Assembly: GCA_949358305.1 (NCBI GenBank)
Contig: OX442314.1
Span: forward strand, 19,096,001 to 19,160,000
DNA length: 64,000 nt
Reading direction: 5' to 3'
DNA from: Strigamia acuminata
Lineage: Eukaryota
Below the pieces are notes generated by a model. That model had not been told where the DNA came from. It made no database searches and was given only the letters and a program-made list of their open reading frames with translations. This document shows, in pieces, positions 54,990 through 64,000 of this stretch; position 1 is the first letter of the stretch, and every line of letters starts with the position of its first letter. The position numbers and the translations under genes were made by a program.

Positions 54990-56584
54990 ATCTTCGGCCG
55001 ATGGATGCCTCGACCGGCTTTTCTTCTATTTCAACTGTAGCAGTTGTGCCGTTTCTCATTCCGAATACTGGTACCTCCCACTACGCTATCTCTTTATTGG
55101 CTTTTAGACTAAAAAAAACCTGATTTCTCAAAGCAACTCTTTTAAATTTCAACCCTATTTCCTCTTTGTCATCAAATACCAAAAAAAGCGTATTTTATTT
55201 TCCCTTCTTACATTGCTCCTGCATCCATTAGGTTCTCTCCTATTGTTGTACTATGCATTTCTCCATCACCATCAATAAAATAAAGCTATTCTTCCCTCTC
55301 CCTTTGCTCCCTATCTTCCTTGTGTAAACATTCTCCTAGTCATCTCCAATCTCATTATCCCTACTTTTTTCCCATCCACATTGCAGCTTTTCTATACAAA
55401 GCAATACATCACCTCTGTTTTTATTCTTGTAACTTCTCCACTAACAAGACCCAAACTCTGCTTAAAATTAATGAGACACAACACCACTAATAATCAAGCC
55501 TTCTATCTAGGATTGGCTTTTCCAGTCTCTTTTAGCTCACAAGTACCTGACCCCTACTTCGCCATCATTAGGCTAACAATAGCACAGACAGTTTGGCTTC
55601 TGATCAGGTTGAGGCTGATAGAGGTACTAAGGTTTTTGTTCCTTTTGTGATCAAACCAATTGGTGGCTTGACATTGATCTGTGAGATCTTTTTTTTTCTA
55701 TAAGTGTGGGATTTTCTGATCAGGCCTATTACTTTTTTTTTCTTTTTTCTCTTTTTGTATACAAAAAACAGTTTTGATATCGATTTTTTTGTTTTGAAAA
55801 GAGAAGATTATAGAATTTTTTTTTTTTTTTAAATAAAGTCATCCAGATTTCCATTTTTTTCACTTTGCAATGTTGTCTTTTAGTACAGCAATAGCAAACC
55901 AATGAATCAAAAAGTGGGACTTTCTATATTTTTTTCTCTTCTTTTTGGTTCCTTAGAACTCGGTGTATAGAAATGCTAAACCGGGATAATATACAACCCT
56001 ATAAAGTGAATCGTTAGACTTTCTATCACAAAGCCACCCCCATAAACAAGTGAATTCGCGGACAAGTTAGCATTTCAAATGTGACTTTTTCTTCTCATTT
56101 GAAATCATAACTCACGTGGATTATATTCTAAAGTGAGCAGATCAAAGTATCATTTCTAATTCAGTTGGTCAAACAACTCGGAAACTTCGTAAATATCCTT
56201 CCTCTAAAAATGAAAAAAAAAGGTAATGTGTTTCCATTACAATAATTTTCACACTTCGTTGCCCACACAAAGAAAAAAAAATTTAAAATAAAAATATTCC
56301 GGAAAAAACTTTTAAAATATTTTTACCAATAAAAAATGCAATACCATACAACCCGAAGTACAACAACGCAGCAATAATGGCCTGGGTTGATCACACATAA
56401 TTATTATTAGTAAAAAAAATTTGGCGAAATTCAGAAAATAAATGTGAGGCAAATTTCATCTCAACATGTCTAAATGTGTTTTCTTTATTGTGATAGAACA
56501 ACCATTACTATAACAATCAATACAAGTAACATTATATATTGTTGATACCAATATTGTACGTCACAATATAATTATTAAATAGTA

Positions 56585-57226
56585 CAGTAGAGCTTCGATT
56601 ATCCGAACTAATTGGGGACATGGGTGTTCATAAAACCGAACTGTTCGGATAATCGATCATTAGGTTTATACACATACTGTACTACGTATGAAAATAAAAA
56701 GTCATTAAAATATAGTTAGAAAGCATCAAAACAGACCAAAAATGGATAAAAACCGTAAAAAAAAAACACTAAAAACCGATTAAAAATACCGTATTTTACC
56801 GATTAAGAGTCGCCCTCGAATAGTAACCGCGGCTGAGACACCAAGAATACCGTATTTTTGCAAAAGTACGGTATTGTTTCCGTATTTAATCTCACGAACG
56901 ATGAACGTACGCTTCGTTCATGATGTTCAGGCTTCGTTTGTTACATTAAACAAATGTATGAAACGAAAAACTGAAATTGTAATTGCTGACAAAAATGGCA
57001 GTTTTGAATATGAGCCGCGGCTATTAATCGATAAACTACGGTGTGTGAAAATCGTCAAAAAACACTAAAAATCGATTAAAAAACCGATAAAAATCGATTT
57101 AAAAACCGATAAAAATCGATTTAAAAACCGATAAAAGTCGATAAAATATCTCTAAAAATCGCTTTACTGATGTTCGGATAACCGATCGTTCGAATAACCG
57201 GTGTTCTGATAATCGAGGCTCTACTG
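56585..57226. mobile_element. pogo/Tigger-like MITE carrying a nested MITE
   Basis: 24-bp TIRs CAGTAGAGCTTCGATTATCCGAAC / GTTCTGATAATCGAGGCTCTACTG (22/24), a TA TSD (56583-84, 57227-28), subterminal GTTCGGATAA repeats, and an internal AAAAACCGAT/AAAAATCGAT array. Confidence 0.9.
56789..57041. mobile_element. Tc2/pogo-like CCGTA MITE, family A copy 2 (nested)
   Basis: Ends are CCGTATTTTACCGATTAAGAG and TATTAATCGATAAACTACGG, flanked by TA (left) and TG (right). It is an inverted homologue of 13006-13244. Confidence 0.85.
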
Positions 57227-58109
57227 TAAAAGCAATCTGGAAGTTACAAAAACAATCCTTCCTAATTTCCAGATAAGCAGTTTCGGCGGTAAAATTTAGT
57301 TCTAATGCAAATAGAAATTAAAATATAGAATTGAATAATAAGTACAACAAACCAAACCCTTTAATTTTACGAACGCACTTGCTTAAACAAAAGTAGCTAT
57401 TGGTAATTGAAACAACCTGGTGGCCAGAAACACAAATTAATCAAAATGATTTCCCAGTTTACTACAACCTTGGTTTCTCCCTCTAAGAACAATTGAATCG
57501 AGCCATTTAAATGTGCAATAATACAGCTGTAGATGTTTAGATGCAATTAAGCTGGCAAAGTGATTCTAATTTGGTAGGAGAAGCAGTCAAGTGACATCTA
57601 AAGTAAAATGAACGCTTTATAATTATAATAACTGCCACAAGGAAATATATTTAACTTTTTTGTTTGTATAAAATCCGCCATAAAAAAAATGCTTGTCAGC
57701 CATTTTTCAAAAAAGAACTCTATATCAAAACTTCATTACAAATTCTCTCAAAAGCGAACATCATCGTAACACGCGAAAAAATCAAATAGGTATTTACATA
57801 AATGTTTGAAAATTATTTAGAAGCATAAACAAACTTAAACAGAGTTGAGTTAAGTGATGGAAACGGCTAAACTAAAACGTTTTTCCGCTTGATTTCCCTA
57901 CTGTATTGTAAAACAGCATCACCTCTGGTTTGGCTCGTTCTAACAAAATATTTCGCTCCAACAAGATATACAAACCACATTACTTATATAGATAATACTG
58001 TAAATGTTAAAGCGCGTCAATTTTAATATTTAAAACCAATTCAAGCGGAAACTTTTTTACGTATAGTAACAAAAAATCGACTTTAAAGTTTTTCACAATG
58101 CTTTTTAAC

Positions 58110-58596
58110 TAGCGTTTCTCAAACTGTGGGGAGCGCCTTACTAGTGCGGCGCAAGGTGATTTTTCGTCGCCCAAAATTTTTGTTTTCAAAAAAAATTTTA
58201 AATTTATTTCTCTTCAATTTTTGCTAATTCCAATTCCAACTTACTGCCTGTAGTTGGTTGCAATTTACCGCTGGCTAGCAAAAGCTTCAAAATCGTCACA
58301 AAAATCTCTCAAAATCTACAAAAACCATCCAAAATTCTCTCAAAATCTACAAAAACCATCCAAAATTCTCTCAAAATCTACAAAAACCATCCAAAATTCT
58401 CTCAAAATCTACAAAAACCATCCAAAATTCTCTAAAAACCTCCAAAAACCAAAACTCCCAAAAATGGAGGTTTGCAGCTATTGTAAATCCCCAAAGTGAT
58501 GAATTTTGCAGGATGGAAAAAATTTAATGAAGTGGGGTGCGGAAGATCGCCTTTCTTAAAAACGTGTTGCAATGCTAAAAAGTTTGAGAACCCCTG
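58110..58596. mobile_element. hAT (Buster/Charlie-like) MITE
   Basis: Ends TAGCGTTTCTCAAACT / AGTTTGAGAACCCCTG. The 8-bp flanks TTTTTAAC and CTTTAAAC match 6/8, and the right one fits nnnTAnnn. Confidence 0.75.
58301..58450. repeat. 31-bp tandem minisatellite, about 4.8 copies
   Basis: The unit AAAATTCTCTCAAAATCTACAAAAACCATCC is perfect at 58331, 58362 and 58393, with imperfect outer copies and no spacers. Confidence 0.95.
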
Positions 58597-61500
58597 CTTT
58601 AAACTATAGAAAAAAACATTCCGATGTTTGACGTCTATTCAGTCATTTGTTATATTGCGATATCAATGATGATTGATAAATCTAATACAATCCCAGTACT
58701 GTATAAAAATTTCAAATTTCAATCAATTCAGCCCACAGAAACAGGCATTTCATTTTCAAACTTTCCCATAAATTGAAACTATAGCTGAAATCATAAACTA
58801 GAACTTGGCTTTACGTTATTTTTTTTTTTAGTGAACTTAGGTTTAGGTTGGTTTTATCAATGAGCCCAAATATTATTCTAACTAAATTTTCTCAATTTTC
58901 TCACATTCAAAAACTTGTAAAAAAAAAAAATTTAAAAAAAAAAAAAAAAAAAAATTTCAATCCATTTATAAAAAAAAATGATAAAATACAATTAAATTTT
59001 TCATTTTATTACCTTCATCCTTCCTTCAGTCAATAGCAGTATAATTGAACCTTTTCATTCGAAAATTAAACGCTATCAATCCAGCACATACCCTTCCTTC
59101 CCTTCCCTGCACCTTAACAAAAAATGCAATCAAAACTTTCATCTTTAATAAGCACCAGCCAGCAGCCACATTAACCCCAAACCCTTAACACAGACACAAC
59201 TTTATATTGCTCATGACAAAGTTGATGGCAGTCCAATATGGAAGGAGAAGGATAACGGTTCTCGCATGATTGGCCAAGCTGAGTACACGCTGATTGGAAA
59301 GAAGGCATCTTGGATGCCTCTTCCATTCACGGATTCCCCCTCTACCTTCTCTTGGCTCAGTATTTTCAAGAAACCTTCTTTATCAATGGGCGTTGGACTG
59401 TGAAAACGGACTCTTTTAAATTCCATTAAGTGCACTGAGAGAAAAGCCAATCGAAAATTCTTTTCACTTTTTCCTTTCACCTACTTCAAACTCAAATATC
59501 TGCCTGTCGTACCACTAGAATGCACTAGTGATTTTGATTTCGTGGTTACGTGTTGATTAAAATGTGTCATGGGTGGTTGCATTTTGCAACAACAGATTAA
59601 ATTGTTTTATAGTGAAAATGTAAAGCCATTCTCGACGATTTTTATTGTCGGCGCAAAAATTTAATTTCTCTTAAAACTTATAACGATTATTTTAAAATCG
59701 AAAATTTCTTATTAACGAGGGACCAGCAGCAGATGCTACACGAGATGGCGCGTTTTATCAAAATCGATCAGCACATTTTCAAGAGTAAAGCTGCTTCGAT
59801 TATGCCCTAGTCGCAATGCAATACAAACTCAATCTAACTGATAAGCCCTAACAAGAAATGAATAGTCGGATTGTATGGTCAATTAAGTGTAGTTTAACAC
59901 TAGTTTCTCTTTAAAAAATTTCTTTTTCATATATCATTCTAAAAATTCAAAATATAATGACAAAATTAATCTGCTACAGACGTAGCACTTCCTCTGATTA
60001 AGTTAGCTGCGTTAAGTTGCAGTAGTTAAGAGCACTGTGAAGGTTGCCTCATATTTATGCTGTAAAAGCAACATGAATAAATTTTCTTTTCTTTTATTTA
60101 TTGGTCTAATCACCCCTCAAATTTATACAAAACATGTAGCCTTAAAGACAGTAATATTGTCAACAAAAAAAAATTTAAAGTTATTCATGTACAACTTTTT
60201 TTTTAAAGAAGAAATTTCTTTTTTCTTTAAATCATTTTATTTGCACGCAACTCAAAAATGCAGCAATTCTATTTCTCTTTTAAATGAATTAAGAAAATGT
60301 CTAATTCCAATGTTGATAACAACTTTTACATTTATTGCAAAGTAACAACTATAAAAGAAAATTGTATTTTCTGTATTTTTGTACTAAAAAGATCATCATC
60401 AATGGATGAAGCGAGTTAAGTGTCTATTCATTCTTTCATTTCATCAAAGAATAATGAAGCAGTCCCATTTCTCAAAAGTTTCCTCTTCCTTTTTGAAGGG
60501 TACAAATCTATCCATAAAAATAGTCTCCATCAGTTCACTCATACGTAGAACAGTTTATGAAATTTATGGCCACCATAGGAGGGTATTGGCAACCAATAAA
60601 ATCCTTTCAAGGGTTTCTTTCCCCTTTTTCTTATATTCTCAATTTTAAAATATTTTACAAATTTATTTTATTTGTTTTTAAACCAAAAATTAAATTTAGA
60701 AAAATTCGTCGTAAAGAAAGAAAGAAAAAGCCGTTTAAAACTTTTCCTTGCTCAAACTTTTTCTAACTCATTTCAGCTCAATGTCAATTTCAAATTTCCA
60801 ATTTTACAACTCCAATTTCATTTCTTACAAAAGAACACATCCCCATCCTATGCACATGCTCAACAACACCCAAAAGAAATTTTTTCCTTCTCATCAAATT
60901 TTATCTCAGCCCAAACAAATTCATTGCTGCATCGTATCACAATTTATTTTTAGCAAAGTGTGAATTTCTTGCTGCACCTCCATAACACCTTCATCCCGCA
61001 AGTAGAAGCGCTTCAGTGCAATTCCAATGCCTTTTACGAGCTGGTGTTGCTGCAAGAGGCAAGCTGACAGCTTCACAAGAATAAAAGAAAGAAGGAAAAA
61101 GAAAATGCTAACATCGACTACCACCTGCACTGCCATCTGGTAGTAATGGGATAAAGGAAAAAATAAAAAAGAATTTCTCTTCTTTCACTTGTAATGGCCT
61201 TAGTGAAATTTTTCATTATACAACAATACACACAAGTTTCAACTCAGTGATTTTTTACCACCGGGTAGTGGGTACTAAAATGGAAGATGAAAAACATCTT
61301 GAAAGATTTCACTCTTCAAAATTTGCTATAAACTAAAACATTAAATTTCATTCCCAAAATTCTATTTCAATTGCGCTCTACACAACAAAATACCAAATTA
61401 CCATATATAAGCTATATACATTTATTTATTATTTAATTTCAGATACATTTATCCAATGACAAAATCGTTTTGAAATGAGATGATTGGGCAAATCATCTTC

Positions 61501-64000
61501 ATTTGTAAAAATATTTATTTCATTTTATAGTGGATCCATATCCCGTCTCCAAAGATTTCAAATTGCCGACTCGACTCTGTAGGCAGTGAATGAAAAGCGT
61601 GGCAAAAAGTAGCACAAATTCAATCTGCTTCATGAAATTCCTACAGCTACCGATAGATGGTGGTGGAATTAAATCAACATGCCACCGTCTTCCTCGTACC
61701 AAAAAATATCTTCAGCTGTGCCGAAACCAAAGAATTTTGTAATCATGAATGCATGAGCAAGGCACAACCAAATGGAAAAGAAAAAGGGAGATAAAACAAA
61801 ATTTCGACTTCTTTCCCAAGGAATTTTCCACACGCCAAAAATATTTAACATTATTGGAAAATGCAATCGCAATTTCCAACTTCTAACACAAAGAATAAAT
61901 TGCCAAACTCTTAAAAAATTGCAAATTGTGCAAAATATTAATCATATTTCTTGTTGTATATTTTTTTTGTTTAAAAACGAAAAAAAAAAATCTTTTCCTC
62001 TCTCTTCCCTCGAAAGTACTATAAGAAAACCCAAAGTGCTTCTATAAAAACTTTGCCTCGTTGTCTTATCCCATTTTACGCCTACTTCCTCTGCAATAAC
62101 ATGTTGCTAAAATATTTGACTTTTCAGGAAGACTCGACGCTTGGATGAAACCCAACAAGTTTTCATAAACGAGGCGAGTGATGTTTCCGAACAACATCAA
62201 ACCAAAAGCCACCCGGAAGTAGAACCGAGTTCATTTCTTCAACGAGACACGCCACATCTCCATAACTTAATCAGACCGGTCTGAATAACGATCGACCTTA
62301 TGAAGATTTACTTGAATAAGAGAAGCAATTCACTGATTCCCTGTGTCAAGAAAAAAGCCAGGCGTCTTGCTGATGCCTGCTGAATCAAAATCACGACAAT
62401 TGGCACGAAGGGTATAGCAGTGAGATGGGATGGGACTTCCATTTTCACACCCCTGCCTTACACACACAATGTCAGAATCCCTGCACCTCCTCCTGTTATT
62501 ACAGCATCAGGAGCTTTCAACTGACTAAACACAAGTCACACGACCAGAATACAGATAAGCTGAGAAATTGCACTCAGAATTAACGCAGGAAGAAGCAGGC
62601 TCATACATTTCTACAAGAATGCATAAAATATCCGTCGAGCTTCGTCTAATTTTAATCTTTAAATCACATCAAGTTTTATAAAACAAATTTTATAAAACGA
62701 ATGTGAAAAATCGTTAATAATGCAGAGAATTACCATTTGTATCCGAATTGTTATCGATTTTCTGTCAATCTCGATCGTGATTTGCGACTGTCTAATTGCA
62801 ATAAAATAAATGAAATAAAACAATTGGCAAGTTGTCTGCTACAAATTCTTAGCCCAAAGTTCAAATCCTGTGAGGTGTGGATAATGAAACCAAGAGCAAA
62901 TCCACGAGGCACAAAAAGGGGGCAAAAAGGTCTTGGAAATGTTTCCTTTGGCTGAGGTGATTTGCTGTAATTAAGTTATCTGATTGCATTGACTTGGGCC
63001 TGACTTGCAAGAAGCATAATGAGAGGGAAAAGGCAGCACAGGGTGATTGGAGGGGATATAAAAAGAGGGGAAAAGCGTGGAAAAAGAAAATAAGGGAAAG
63101 CAACTTCCTTCGTGTAAATTGAAAAAACGCCCTTGTAGGTGCATAGGTAAGTTTCTATTTCATTAATTCGTGCAGTAAAAATGGGGGAAAACTTTCGTGT
63201 TTGTATTCAATCCGAACGAAGCCCTACTGCAATTGCAAATTTACAAATAAAAATAAATACAACTGCAGAGAATTATTGATAAAATCTACCAAGAAAACAG
63301 TAATAAAACGATGCAGTAAACCAATATCATGAAAAAAATATTGTATTCTATATTATATTTCGCAATTCACACTACCAATTGCAGTTTGTATTTCCAATTT
63401 AAACTTAACAGCATTTTAAATAACATATTGCTTTTTAAACTCGTTCTGACTTAAAAAATGGCGGCCGATTTAGACTATTTTCAATCGCAGTGAACATTTA
63501 ACCATAACTTTAAAATACGCCTACTACCAACTGCAATTTTTGATGTATAAAAGTCGATTGGTCGCAAACAGAACAAATATTTAATAATTCATCACCCATA
63601 ATGTGAAACAATGTGGACTTTTCGAGACTTTAGAGATTAAATTTCTAGATTATTTCTCTTTGAAAGAAGATTTTACATTTAAAATATTCCTTTTGTTGTA
63701 ATCGGCTATGCTTGCACTCACAAGCTCACAAGCTCACAAACCACTTTAACTTAAGCCAGTACGGCCGACTAACCCACTATATTACCCAGCAACCCATTAT
63801 CTACACTGTAACATTATTTTATAACTATTTCAGAATCTAAAACCAAAACTAAAGTAACCAATAAATTTAAAAACGGGAAACACCAAAGAGTTCAACGGTT
63901 TTGTTGTTGATCTTGAGCAGTAATTTAAAGCCCTACAGTTAAAGAAGCAGTTATGGTTTTGAGAGTTAACTTTTTTTGTGGGTACAATTTTAATTGCATA

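Noticed and set aside
58301..58450. 31-bp repeats as a CRISPR array, and the repetitive ORF 58254-58499
   Set aside because: The units are head-to-tail with no spacers, lie inside a hAT-like MITE, and no cas genes are present. The ORF is a by-product of the repeat.
60960..61110. Strong minus-strand pyrimidine tract with an open frame after it
   Set aside because: The first AG context is poor (GAAG) and no consensus donor follows.

Overview
AT-rich, gene-poor eukaryotic DNA, most likely from an invertebrate animal; the species cannot be determined from the sequence. There is no operon structure, rRNA, recognisable tRNA or CRISPR array, and nearly all ORFs in the supplied track look like noise. 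By eye the + strand is A>T and C>G skewed, and the strongest splice signals lie on the - strand. This suggests most of the window is a very long intron of a minus-strand host gene, with a candidate exon at 1346-1566. Two clear recursive-splicing (ratchet) sites, AG|GTAAG, sit at 43762/43761 and 7882/7881. Each is followed by a second GTAAGT donor 45 or 44 nt downstream, and there is a weaker third site at 18979/18978. Two intronless genes are nested on the + strand. One is an intact stand-alone Ty3/gypsy Gag ORF (32191-33225; SAP-like N-terminus, capsid, CCHC knuckle) with a TATA/Inr promoter and a decayed primer-binding site but no pol or 3' LTR, making it a candidate Arc-like domesticated capsid gene. 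The other is an orphan secreted protein of 160 aa (37505-37987). Several non-autonomous DNA transposons (MITEs) are present, one nested in another. All calls were made by eye; no database searches were run.
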